A stretch of 64,000 nucleotides of DNA from the NCBI GenBank assembly GCA_964016885.1, contig OZ024741.1, forward strand, positions 324,570,001-324,634,000, written 5' to 3'. Positions 29,989 through 45,392 of this stretch are shown one piece after another. The first letter of the stretch is position 1, and each line of letters opens with the position of its first letter. Position numbers and translations under genes: made by a program. The notes under the pieces are model-generated. The model saw nothing but the letters and a program-made list of their open reading frames with translations, was not told the DNA's origin and did no database searches. Source of the stretch: Eledone cirrhosa. Lineage: Eukaryota.

Positions 29989-29993
<5 letters not shown>
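29204..29993 (+). mobile_element. ORF-less 765-bp unit plus 25-bp terminal repeat in (TA)n, carrying a hammerhead (family B)
   Basis: agctttctctgttaatgtattaaat at 29204-29228 and 29969-29993; long TA runs on both sides. Confidence 0.75.
29689..29811 (+). ncRNA. Type-I hammerhead ribozyme with branched helix II (family B)
   Basis: tcca CTGATGA gttataag...cttataac GAAA cgatcg TA tgga. Confidence 0.85.
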
Positions 29994-30065
<72 letters not shown>

Positions 30066-30464
30066 GTTATTGAAACGGGAAGAGTTCAGCCGTCGGGTCC
30101 TGGCTCTTTATAATATATTTATATCAATATATACATATTGATAGATGCGTGTTTTATGTTTTAAAATGTAATGTAAACTTTACTAATGTTCTAAAATAGA
30201 GGCCTTCGCTATGAAAATATTGAAGTGTACACAAGATATCATACCAGATGTTTACTCTCCACTCATTACATAAAGAAAATAAATAATTCTAGATATATTT
30301 ATATTCAAACTTTTCCTTACGTCATTTTATTCCCATAAAGATCTTGCTTGAATATTTATTATTCAACACACACACACTTGTATATATATATATATATATA
30401 TATATTTAAAACAATTACGTAAAAGCAACTCTGAGTTCCGTATGTCTGTATATATACCCCCCCC

Positions 30465-30506
<42 letters not shown>

Positions 30507-30741
30507 GGGAGAGAGAGAGATAGATACATATATACATTAATATATATACAGCATCATCGAAGCTCTGGTTGCAGCCAAGCTAACGAATGCAGTCGGGGTG
30601 TGCAGATAAGCACTCAATAGGGTATATTACCCTAGAGTTATAACATTACGTTTAGACAGCTTTGCAAATTGAAAACAGCGACCGATAGGCGGGCCATAGT
30701 GACCAAAGCGACGAAAAAACTGAACTCAGGATAAAATATGA

Positions 30742-30771
<30 letters not shown>

Positions 30772-30777
<6 letters not shown>

Positions 30778-31272
30778 GGAAAAAATGAAACGAAATTTCA
30801 CTTCTCACTCTTAGTATGGCTGTTACTTAAATATAAGTATGTATACGTACATTCATATATGTATACAGACGTAGAGTAGTGTGTATATATATATATATAT
30901 ACATACATGCACACATATATATATGTACCTATGGATTCACCGAACATTTATTATAATGCTCGGTGTGTTTGTAAGGAAAGTATATACTTTCAGATGTTCA
31001 ATCATCTGGCAGGAAGGTATACGTTGCTGACGATAGCTAATAAGCTTGAAACTAGTACAGCGTTCCTTTGTCAGTGTTGAACAAATGAGCAACGATGGTT
31101 GCTAGACACTGTACGGCTTAATTCGGGATGTTTGTTTACAAACACACCGAGCATTATAATAAATGTTCGGTGAATCCATACGTACATATATATATATATG
31201 TGTGCGTGTATGTATGTATATATATACATACTACTGTACATCTGTATGCATATATGTATGTATGTATTCATA

Positions 31273-31275
<3 letters not shown>
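30772..31275. mobile_element. Family A unit as an inverted (foldback) insertion between TA runs
   Basis: 30772-30974 matches 11988-12185; 30976-31275 is the reverse complement of the same unit. Confidence 0.85.
31008..31072 (+). ncRNA. Type-I hammerhead ribozyme (family A)
   Basis: acgttg CTGACGA t-agct-aata-agct-t GAAA ctag TA cagcgt. Confidence 0.88.
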
Positions 31276-31343
<68 letters not shown>

Positions 31344-31362
31344 ATATTTATATATATGTATA

Positions 31363-34591
<3,229 letters not shown>

Positions 34592-34779
34592 TATTCTACT
34601 TGCAGTTGTCACCGACGTTGCTCAGAGAAAAGTTAACTCAGTTAGGGAACAATATATAGGAACATGATATTTGTAACTCTGCATGAATGTATTATTCAAA
34701 ACATTTATATTCAATCTGTATGTGCGAGTGTATGTCTGTGTTTTATGCTTTCCCACCGCAGTTTAGTACTTCAGAAAAC

Positions 34780-34958
34780 ATTGTTTCTATTTTGGGGACA
34801 AGGCCAGCAATTACTCAGTACATTACTGGTACTTTATTTTATCGACCCCGTAAGGATGAAAAGCAAAGTTAACCTCGGCGGGATTTGAATTCAGATCATA
34901 AAGGGACGTAACTCTATGCTTCAAAGTATGGCGTCCGACTCTCTAACGATACTGCCAA
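34780..34958 (-). mobile_element. SINE S1
   Basis: Consensus match. Confidence 0.85.
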
Positions 34959-35603
34959 CTTCAGAAAATATTGATCGATAATAAGTAAAGACGCAAATAT
35001 GTATTGCTATCAAGATGATCGACGAAACACTTTAAGACTTTGCCCTGTATGATTGCTCTTCAGTCAAATGAATGAAACCAAATCAATGAAAGATTTGATT
35101 TATTTTATTGTTATTGTTCTTTGCGTTTTTTTTTATTGTGTGTGTGTGGGACTAAAATATCACTGCACATCACCACCCTTAAAAGGGAACAGCACACAAT
35201 TAGAGAAGCTTGACACTCACTGGCAGACATTCTCTAGCCTCTGGCTCAGATTCTACCGCCAATCAATTTGCAACTACTCTCCAGAGCTGGTCGACTTCAT
35301 TCAACATATACTCTGACATTTCTTCCACATTTATATCGCCTCCTCTCATCATATACATTGTATTCAACTCTCTAGGCCTTGCAATATAGACTATGCACAG
35401 TACTTTCTTCCATAAGGGAACCAATCTGGAAGTCTTTCCCTGCGCATGTCTTTCATTTCTAGCTTTAATAGAAAAACACCCCGTCGCTATCCATATGTAC
35501 AGGAAGCTATTTAAAAGGCATAAATTTAAGCTTTAGCTCCATGCCCAACTCTAAAAGTCCAGCAAACGACAAAGTCCCATGGCCTAACTTCGCCGGTGCC
35601 CTT

Positions 35604-35692
<89 letters not shown>

Positions 35693-35705
35693 TCTCTCTC
35701 TCTCT

Positions 35706-35749
<44 letters not shown>

Positions 35750-36239
35750 TAATATAAATTATATAAAATATCATGTATGCATATATATGTTTGTGAATGT
35801 GTGTGTTTTGTGTTATATAATATACATATATTATAGTATATCATTATGTAAATACAAATACATCTATTAATAGTTATCTTTTTTCCCTGTCCCTTCATTA
35901 AAACATCAAAGCATTCCTCATTTAAATAATTTTATCAATAATTTTCAGCCATATCTCTTCGGGTGTGAAACAAATGCAGTCGCCATGTCAGTTTTTAGAC
36001 TGGAGGCAACATTGAATGTCAGTTAACACAATAGATGGCCCCTGCGCAATTGATTCAAATTTAATTCTAAGTATATGCGCGTTTATGTGCTTACATGTGT
36101 GTATGCAGGTTTGTTTATGTGCTTGTGAATATTTGTGTATCTATATGTTTGTGTATATACACAGACTTTTGTACACACATAGACGCATAAATTACGCATA
36201 AACCTATACGTGCAAATATGCATATATATGTGCTTATAA

Positions 36240-36326
<87 letters not shown>

Positions 36327-36468
36327 TGTGTGTGTGTGTGCTTATACATACGCAAAACATTCAGAATTCTTACTAAATATATGTTGACATGAGCTTCTCT
36401 ATCCATGTATATATATGTGTGCATGTTTGTGTACACAAAATATCAAACCTAATGTTTACTCTCCGTTC

Positions 36469-36519
<51 letters not shown>

Positions 36520-36898
36520 TATATACATGCATGTGAGTGTGTACATGTATAAGCGCATGTGCACGCGTGTGTGTCTATCTATACAAACAAAATTAACATA
36601 CACATAAACTTATATATATTACATATATCTAAATTGACATCAAGCGTATATATGTGCTCATGCTTGCAACCATACGTACATGCCTACAAGCAACGTCATT
36701 ATAATTTGTGTGTGTGAGATAGTGTTTGTGTATGTGTGTGTATGTGTGTATTTTTGTGTTGACATTAATTAGCTTGGTTTCATCAGTCATCTATAAACAT
36801 CTTCTAAATCGTTTCTATCAAGGATTTTTGTCACTTTTTTTCTGAGGCTGTGAAGCCAAGCGAAGCAATGCCGTTGTTCTTTATGTGTGTGTGTGTGT

Positions 36899-36984
<86 letters not shown>

Positions 36985-37008
36985 ATCAAAAGATGGTTAA
37001 ATGAGTTC

Positions 37009-37090
37009 CATGTATTTTATTATGCGCATTTCAAAAACAAATATCATCATGCAATAACATTTGTGTTTTCATCAGATAAAATAGGACATG
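37009..37090 (-). ncRNA. Type-I hammerhead ribozyme (family C)
   Basis: Reverse-complement copy of 40504-40585. Confidence 0.88.
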
Positions 37091-37947
37091 ATATGAAGGT
37101 TAAAAACACTTGTGGATAGTGCAGTTTTAAATCAACATATGAAAATTAGTTTTAGATTGATGTGTGATATTGGGGAGAAAAAAAGAAAATTGGGTGGGGG
37201 GGTAAGGATGAAAAAGAGGAGGAGATGAGAGTAAAAAGTGGAGGGCGAGGAGTATAATGAGGAAGGATGAGATAGGAGGAGAGATGGCTGATAGAGAGAG
37301 AGAGATAGCTTTTATAACTGAGAAAAATATATTGTTTTACATAGAGAGGTTGAAAAACCGTTGGAAGATAATGTATAAATTAAAAGAATTTGAAAATTAA
37401 CGAAGAGAAAAATAATGTAAAGTTAAGGTTTGTATATTGAAGGGTTTAATAATATGTGCGATGAAAAGAAATTGTTAATATGTATTAAGAATAATATTTA
37501 AGGGTTTAATAATATGTGCGATGGAAAGAAAATGTTGATATGTATTATTAAAAAAAACACAGAAGTAATGTAAGTAAGGATATATTGTGAGATGAGCATG
37601 AATAAGTTAGATGAAAGTTAGAAAAAAATAATGAATAGAGGATGAATAATCTAACGTCAAAAAAAAATGTTTATGTTTACGAAGGATTTTTTCAAGGTGA
37701 TATAAAGTAAAAATATAGTGTATGTGTAATAATTGTTAGGCACAGTGAGAAAAGGTACAGATTAGGGGTTAGAAATTAAAAGAAAATGCAAAAGGAAAAG
37801 GAAGAAAGAGAAGTGATGAATAGGAATGATATAGAATATGATAAATAACTTTGAAATAAGGTAGAAAGATGGGTATATTTTTAAAGAAGTATATATATAT
37901 ATATGTGCCTTTGAGAAAAGGATTCTGAATTGATAAAGTTTAGGATA

Positions 37948-38955
37948 TTAGCTGTATACTTTATGGAAAGTTCTGTGGAATTTATGCAAGCAGACAGAAA
38001 ACAAGTCAGTGCGTCTATTTATTATAGAATCTAAATTAGATATAATGTTAAATTTTTCATTCAGACAGAGATTGCAAGTCTTGGATAGAGAACTGTTCAA
38101 GTATGAAGAAGCAGAGGAAACCTTCTTCCAAGAGATGTTATATTTAATATTTTTGTCTTTCAAGGACCATATGAGTTCTGAGAGAGCCGTGTTGGTTCTT
38201 TTAAGTTTATATTTAAAAGACGAATGATGATTATAAAGGCGAGCTTTAAAGGAGGTGGAAGTGGAGCCAAAATAGGTGAAGGAATTGGTGTCAGTTATAA
38301 CTTTACATTCGTAAATTAAGTTTTTATCAAGACAATGGTTGTTGAGAGGACATTTATTTTTAGCAGGGCAATTGCAATTGCAATTAGAGAGATTATTAAC
38401 GAGTGACCTAGTGTTATCTATAGAAGGAATTGGATTGGAGAAGTTATTTGCGATAGGAATAATAGTTTCTTGATTTAGAATGGGATTAAGAACATTTAGC
38501 GAAGTTGTGTTTGACGTTGTATTTGGGTTTGCAGAAATTAGCCTTGGGTTTACAATGACGTCGGGAGTACTATTACTATTATTATGATATTCAGTGTTGG
38601 AAGGAAGAGATTTAGTATTTAGTATTTTATTGTTGTGTTTAGAGATAATGTTGGAAATGCTGGAGGATGTCGAATAGGAAAATTTTATAGTGTGTTTGTT
38701 AAATATTTTACTATAGATATGTGAGGGAGGGAAGCATTTATTTAAGGCACTAAAGAATAATTTAGGAATATTATTATTAATAGAGATGGAGAAAGGAGCA
38801 TTATACCAGATTATGTTTTTGTATCTAGGTCTTTTATTAAAGTTATTGGAATGATCATGATTAATTATTCTACTGTAAGATTTTCTAGAATTTGTTTCTT
38901 TATTATATTTGATTTTATCAGGATAGCCGGCTTTAGAAAGCGCGCCTTTATAATC
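37948..38955 (-). CDS. Uninterrupted ATG-less frame (335 aa): PLE RT thumb, Cys linker and GIY-YIG endonuclease
   Basis: DYKGALSKAGY..IIWYNAPF..IKFSYS..CNCPAKNKCPLNNHC..LIYECKV..TYFGST..FKARLYNH..TALSELIW..CNLCLNEK..NRRTDL..CLH; hand-translated without stops, only partly in the ORF track. Confidence 0.88.
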   Translation of the reverse strand, partial: DYKGALSKAGYPDKIKYNKETNSRKSYSRIINHDHSNNFNKRPRYKNIIWYNAPFSISINNNIPKLFFSALNKCFPPSHIYSKIFNKHTIKFSYSTSSSISNIISKHNNKILNTKSLPSNTEYHNNSNSTPDVIVNPRLISANPNTTSNTTSLNVLNPILNQETIIPIANNFSNPIPSIDNTRSLVNNLSNCNCNCPAKNKCPLNNHCLDKNLIYECKVITDTNSFTYFGSTSTSFKARLYNHHSSFKYKLKRTNTALSELIWSLKDKNIKYNISWKKVSSASSYLNSSLSKTCNLCLNEKFNIISNLDSIINRRTDLFSVCLHKFHRTFHKVYS

Positions 38956-38956
38956 A

Positions 38957-39236
38957 TCATTCGTCTTTTAAATATAAACTTAAAAGAACCAACACGGCTC
39001 TCTCAGAACTCATATGGTCCTTGAAAGACAAAAATATTAAATATAACATCTCTTGGAAGAAGGTTTCCTCTGCTTCTTCATACTTGAACAGTTCTCTATC
39101 CAAGACTTGCAATCTCTGTCTGAATGAAAAATTTAACATTATATCTAATTTAGATTCTATAATAAATAGACGCACTGACTTGTTTTCTGTCTGCTTGCAT
39201 AAATTCCACAGAACTTTCCATAAAGTATACAGCTAA
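38957..39236 (+). pseudogene. Inverted duplicate of the GIY-YIG C-terminus
   Basis: Identical peptide KDKNIKYNISW...CNLCLNEK...HKVYS. Confidence 0.85.
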
Positions 39237-39569
39237 TATCCTAAACTTTATCAATTCAGAATCCTTTTCTCAAAGGCACATATATATATATATATACTTC
39301 TTTAAAAATATACCCATCTTTCTACCTTATTTCAAAGTTATTTATCATATTCTATATCATTCCTATTCATCACTTCTCTTTCTTCCTTTTCCTTTTGCAT
39401 TTTCTTTTAATTTCTAACCCCTAATCTGTACCTTTTCTCACTGTGCCTAACAATTATTACACATACACTATATTTTTACTTTATATCACCTTGAAAAAAT
39501 CCTTCGTAAACATAAACATTTTTTTTGAAGTTAGATTATTCATCCTCTATTCATTATTTTTTTCTCACT

Positions 39570-39895
39570 AGTTCATGAGTTCAAATCCCGCCGAGGTTGA
39601 CTTTGCCTTTCATCCTTACGGGGTCGATAAAATAAAGTACCAGTAATGCACTGGGTAATTGCTGGCCTTGTGCCTAAAGTAGAAACAATTATTTTTTTCT
39701 CACTATATGGCGGTGGATTGACAGTATCGGTAGAGGGTCGGACGCCATGCTTTCCAGCATAGTTACGTCCCTTTACGATCTGAGTTCAAATCCCGCCGAG
39801 GTTGAGTTTGCCTTTCATCCTTACGTGGTCAATAAAATAAAGTACCAGTAATGCACTGGATAATTGCTGGCCTTGTGCCTAAAGTAGAAACAATT
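39570..39895 (+). mobile_element. Two SINE S1 copies inserted at one site in the right arm
   Basis: Target ttatttttttctcact is present three times (~39554, ~39689, ~39894); the empty site is at ~37615-37632 in the left arm. Confidence 0.88.
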
Positions 39896-40503
39896 ATTTT
39901 TTTCTCACTTTCATCTAACTTATTCATGCTCATCTCACAATATATCCTTACTTACATTACTTCTGTGTTTTTTTAATAATACATATCAACATTTTCTTTC
40001 CATCGCACATATTATTAAACCCTTAAAATTATTCTTAATACATATTAACATTTTCTTTCCATCGCACATATTATTAAACCCTTAAATATTATTCTTAATA
40101 CATATTAACAATTTCTTTTCATCGCACATATTATTAAACCCTTCAATATACAAACCTTAACTTTACATTATTTTTCTCTTCGTTAATTTTCAAATTCTTT
40201 TAATTTATACATTATCTTCCAACGGTTTTTCAACCTCTCTATGTAAAACAATATATTTTTCTCAGTTATAAAAGCTATCTCTCTCTCTCTCTATCAGCCA
40301 TCTCTCCTCCTATCTCATCCTTCCTCATTATACTCCTCCCCCTCCACTTTTTACTCTCATCTCCTCCTCTTTTTCATCCTTTCCAACCTCCCCCCCCCCC
40401 TCAGAAAAAAAATGTTTTCCCCAATATCACACATCAATCTAAAACTACTTTTCATATGTTGATTTAAAACTGCACTATCCACAAGTGTTTTTAACCTTCA
40501 TAT

Positions 40504-40585
40504 CATGTCCTATTTTATCTGATGAAAACACAAATGTTATTGCATGATGATATTTGTTTTTGAAATGCGCATAATAAAATACATG
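40504..40585 (+). ncRNA. Type-I hammerhead ribozyme (family C)
   Basis: catgt-cc-tattttat CTGATGA aaacacaaatgttat-tgcatg-atgatatttgttttt GAAA tgcgca TA ataaaata-catg. Confidence 0.9.
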
Positions 40586-40764
40586 GAACTCATTTAACCA
40601 TCTTTTGATCTTATATATTATGTATACTCCAGTCCTTCAAACTGTAGAGTGCTTCTTATCCGATATCTCCATTGCTTTATTGTACTACAATAAAACTCAC
40701 CTCCTACATATATATATATATATATTTATTAAAATAACAGATTAAAGTTTAAGCAATATATATA

Positions 40765-40896
40765 GAAGTGGTTACACAACAGTTAGTTCACCATACCGAG
40801 AACAATTGTTTCACCTTAGTGGATCCTCACCTCGGAATGGGCATGGTTATAGTAGACTGATTGCTCTACCACAACGGATATTTCCTTCCAGTGTTC
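40765..40896 (-). mobile_element. ~130-bp family E unit with a mutated hammerhead (40791-40840; core GTGAGGA)
   Basis: Reverse complement matches 44914-44956 plus 45385-45467. Confidence 0.75.
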
Positions 40897-40917
40897 CACC
40901 ACTATCTATTTATACAT

Positions 40918-40997
<80 letters not shown>

Positions 40998-42189
40998 ACA
41001 CACATATATATATATTTGATTCTGCGATTTTATTACAGAAGAGTTGACTGATAGCTTTTCTGACCTCTTCCTCTGTGGGGGTAGTCAGTCTTGGTTGATC
41101 TCCACCTTTGATAGCTGAGCGATGGCTTCATCATTGATTGAGGCTGAGTGGTTGAGGGACAGGTTGAATTGTTTAGCCTATCTTTGCAAAATCTTCTTTT
41201 TCTCTGTCAGCAGCAGAATTCCACCCTTAACGGGATCTTCTGAAACTAACAAAGTCAATCTGTGAACGCAGAAGTGGATATTTCAAAAAATGTTGCAATC
41301 GGAGGAAGACAGGAAGACGATACTTTGGTTCGTGGAAACGTTCGCTGGCAAAGAACGGGAAAAAACGAATATAATACGTCATTAATAGGAGCGGTGAAAA
41401 ACAATTACACGCAAAGACAGAACCACGTTTATGGTATAAAAGAAGTCGTAGACTAATATTCTCTTAGGTGGTTCATAGAGACGTTCTCTGGCATTGAAAG
41501 GAAAAAACGAAGATAATACGTCGTATGTGGAGCGTGGAGAACAATGGCACGCAAAGACAAAACCACGTAAATGGTATAGCTGAAGTCGTAGACTAAATTC
41601 TAACTAGGAAACCGAATGAATCTCCGCTTCAGAGTTAAGAATAAAGTAAATAAATACAATACAGAGGTAATAGAAATTAAATAAATGCATACACGCATGC
41701 AAATACGTACATACACAAGCATACGCAAAACACTTGCCATAGGTATACAAAACCACGCACATATAAATATGTGTGTGTGTGCGTGCTTGTATACAAATAA
41801 TTAAATAATTAAATAAACGTATATAAATAAATAAATACGTATATAACAAGCGTACACACATACCTACATGTAAATACACAAATGTTCGGAGACGTAAGTC
41901 AACCAAAACATGAAGTACACATATACACACACCATACATACGTACGAACATGCATACTCACGCAGACGCAAAACTCCCGTATACACATAACCAAACCATA
42001 TGTACCAGAATATAAAAAATGTATACGCCATAACATAAACAATCAAATATACGTATGAGAAAGTATACGTACCTTCACAAAACATACAGGTAATATATAC
42101 TCTATGCAAATAAGTAATGGTATAAAAAAAAACATATACTTAGCTACCACATCAAGACGTAAAATATCCACGTATAGATCGTACTATCC

Positions 42190-44262
42190 GTTAGGGTATA
42201 ATGTGGGGCTGTAATACGGGAAAGTTTTGAGCAATTTATGTTTACAAGCCGAAATTGCCTCAGATTTTTTGTTTAAGATGTGGTCTGTGGCATAGAGTAT
42301 TTCCAGGGCCTCAGCGGCGCAGAGGTCACATGGTCTTTTATTTCCGTTATACGATCTAGCCCTAGCTAGGATCTCCCAGTGTAACTTAAATTGGGTGTAG
42401 TTGTCTGTTAGACTCCAGATATAAGCTGAAAGTGAAGTGACCTCATATTCCTTCTTAGAGGGTAAGGAAAAGAATGGGTATGCATGTAAAGACGCTGCTT
42501 GAATCTATTGGCGGTTAACCCTATGTAGGCCCTAGGGACGTGGGTGTTTCAACCTTACATTTGTAGACAATGTTACTAGAGAGGCATTTCCCGGATAGGG
42601 GGCAATCAACCCGATTCCTACAATTACAGTTAGTACTAACTACAGGGTTGCACGTGTTCCTACGGCTAGATAGTTTAGCTAAATTTGAAGCTGTGATGTT
42701 ATGTGCAAGGTTAGGAGTCGTAGAGTAAGAAATTTTAATAGTATTTCTATTCAAAATGTTACTATATTTATGTGTAGGGGAAAAATACTTCGTAATAAGG
42801 TAAAGAAAGATCTTAGCTAATGGTGTGGCCACCTCCATATTATATGGTGGGTTATACCATATAATTCGTCAGGATATATTTCTTCTAGGTCTATTTTCAT
42901 ACTCTGTATATGATACCTTATCGACAAATCCACTCCTAGCAAGAGCTTCATTGTAATAAGTGGAATGGTCGTTGAAAATATGCTCGTTAGTAGATAGACG
43001 GGAAAGCCTCAACGAAACGTTTCTTACCAGGTTCTTGCTTATGCTGGCAGGATGGTTGGAATGCTTACTTATGTAATTAAGCATATCATTCGGCTTTCTA
43101 TACGGCTAATACAACCCATTACCGAGAGATTGGCCTCAACCTGTATAGAGAGGTTGAAGCCTTTAAAGAAGGCTGTGAGTTCTTTTCTGAACCTGTCGCA
43201 AGCACGAGGTCCGCACTTAGTCATGGTCAAAAGACCATCATCACGGTACAAACTACCGCCCGCGTTGGGGAATTCGTCCTTGATAGAGAAAAGAAGGAAA
43301 AGGCCGATAAGATCAGTAACCTCCGCAGAATCGCTGGCGCCCATACTCACGTCGAATGGGGTACTATTGGAGTTTTTAATCCAAATAGAGTCGTCGAAAT
43401 TAATCACCGACTTACGGGCATTGCGGATGACATCAACTTCGAAATCCTTAACCACTGTGAGTGTTTTAGCGAAATTGATAGCTCTAAGGAGAAGTGGTAA
43501 AGTGATAGAGGAGTAATAATTGTTGATGTCGAATTGGATAAAACGGCAATGTTCCTTGTTACATATGCCGTTGAACCAATCAATCACCGCGAAAGAATTG
43601 TTCCACAGTGCAAGAGGGGCCAAACTTCTAATTTCAGGTATAATTCTATACCTAAGTCTACCTAAATCGGACTTCGTAGGGTTAATAAGCCGAATAGAGG
43701 GGTTGTTCGGGAAATTGGATTTGTGATCCTTCAGGGTAAAGTGGGGAGAAATAGGGTCCAGAGGTTCGGTCCGGCCAGGATGTTGAGAGCAGATGTGATT
43801 TTAAACCCAGCATTTCATTGATGACGCACCGATTAGTTGTACGGTAATCCGTAATTACAGCATTATGTAGTAGTTGATGGTAAGTACTGCGCTCCACTTG
43901 ATATAGGTTGCCAGTTTTGTCGGAATGGACGTGCACGGCATTAGAATCCATATAGAACGAATTCTATTCTTCAGGTCCTACTGGAAGGAATTGCTCCTTT
44001 TCCGAAATTTGATACTCCGTATGAGTTCCAAGACATCATTTTCGAAGGGTAGCAATGCTGGGTTACACGGGGGGTTATTATAGGTTTTAGACCCAAATTT
44101 ATCTTGTTTGTTGTCTGCTTTTCGCGGATTATCGAAATCAAAGGCACGCCAACGCAACCTTTTAATGAACGCGTCTGTTTTTTCTATCAGGAGTTTTAGG
44201 TATGTTTTCCTGCTTGGTACGGGTATGTTCTTCGTAGAAATATTCAGGTATTGTTTCTGCAT
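42190..44262 (-). pseudogene. PLE ORF (RT + GIY-YIG) with stops, frameshifts and small deletions
   Basis: KNIPVPS..RLRWRA, SDKTGNLY, QFDINNYYSSI, MGASDSAEV, LYRDDGL, SNHP, CNCRNRVDCPLSGKC..IVYKC..YIGLT..FKQR, CDLC. Confidence 0.92.
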
Positions 44263-44407
44263 GATGAATATAAGTCAATAGAGTGCTCAACCGAGGGAGC
44301 CAAATAGTAATAATAATAAATTTGAAGACTAAAATCCAAAGAGGGCTCGATAAGGATAAATATATATCAAATATATAAGAATCGTAGAGCAAATATTTAT
44401 TAAAATA

Positions 44408-44483
44408 ACAGATTAAAGTTTAAGCAAAGAATCGCTGCTTTCACCCTTAACGGGATCTTCTGAAACTAACAAAGTTAATCTGT
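44408..44483 (-). ncRNA. Hammerhead-fold RNA with non-canonical CAGAAGA core (family D)
   Basis: acagattaa-ctttgtt-agttt CAGAAGA t-ccc-gttaa-ggg-t GAAA gcag-cgattct-ttgc TT aaact-ttaatctgt. Confidence 0.72.
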
Positions 44484-45015
44484 AAACGCAGAAGTGGATA
44501 TTTCAAAAAACTTTGCAACCGGAGGAAGACAGGAAGACGATACTTTGGTTCGTGGAAACGTTCCCTGGCAAAGAACGGGAAAAAACGAATATAATACGTC
44601 ATTAATAGGAGCGGTGAAAAACAATTCCGCGCAAAGACAGAACCACGTTTATGGTATAAAAGAAGTCGTAGACTAATGTTCTCTTAGGTGGTTCATAAAG
44701 ACGTTCTTTGGTAATGAACGGAAAAAACGAAGATAATACGTCATATGTGGAGCGTGGAGAACAATGGCACTCAAAGACAAAACCACGTAAATGGTATAGC
44801 TGAAGTCGTAGACTAAATTCTAACTAGGAAACCGAATGAATCTCCGCTTCAGAGTTAAGAATAAAGTAAATACAGAGGTAATAGAAATTAAATAAATGCA
44901 TACACGCATGCAAAACACTGGAAGGTAATATCCGTAGTGATAGAGCACTCAGTCCATGGGACGAGTTAGGTAGAAGTGGTTACACAACAGTTAGTTCACC
45001 AAACCGAGAACAATA

Positions 45016-45284
45016 GCTGCGAAAGTCCGAAAAGTTTTTAGTTGAAAAATAAAATTACAAAGAATCATTCCGGAGTCTTGTAGTTATGCAATAGGTGTTT
45101 GGCGACGTGTGGACAACGTGTGAAAAATTCATCCCCCATGTTTAGGCAATCACTATTGCGTAATCTCTTTAGAATAGTTATTCGTACTCCATTCAATGGA
45201 AAGCCATCACTAAGTCCAAGCCATACGCCAGACTGATTCTTTGTAATTTATTTTTCAACTAAAAGCTTTTCGGACTTTCGCAGT
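45016..45284. mobile_element. MITE with ~50-bp terminal inverted repeats flanked by TA
   Basis: ctgcgaaagtccgaaaagtttttagttgaaaaat..caaagaatca / tgattctttg..cttttcggactttcgcag; TA at 45014-15 and 45285-86. Confidence 0.75.
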
Positions 45285-45392
45285 TATCTCCCTTACACCT
45301 CTCCAACGCATTCTAGTATTGCCTGTGTGAAGAGACCGGGTTTCTGCGCATGCGCGTTCGTACGGATCTCCTTCCTGTTCCTAAAACCATGC

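Larger units (their letters stand above)
36982..40612. mobile_element. 5'-truncated Penelope-like element (PLE-C) forming a ~1.27-kb-arm inverted repeat
   Basis: 36982-38247 is the reverse complement of 38937-40612 (apart from SINE insertions and one extra 60-bp unit); the left end abuts (TA)n. Confidence 0.92.
41221..44913 (-). mobile_element. Near-complete Penelope-like element (PLE-D) with direct pseudo-LTRs
   Basis: 41222-41703 is repeated at 44442-44913 and flanks an RT/GIY-YIG coding region; the pLTR contains an internal ~140-bp dimer. Confidence 0.92.

Noticed and set aside
39708-39795. tRNA gene suggested by A/B boxes
   Set aside because: No cloverleaf; it is the head of a multi-copy SINE.
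41335-41597. Repeated ~140-bp units as a CRISPR-like array
   Set aside because: Only a diverged dimer within a PLE pLTR; no unique spacers and a eukaryotic context.
42190-44262. Selenocysteine recoding in the PLE ORF (known for Naiad PLEs)
   Set aside because: The interruptions are a TAG and frameshifts rather than in-frame TGA at Cys positions, the endonuclease is C-terminal, and no SECIS was identified.
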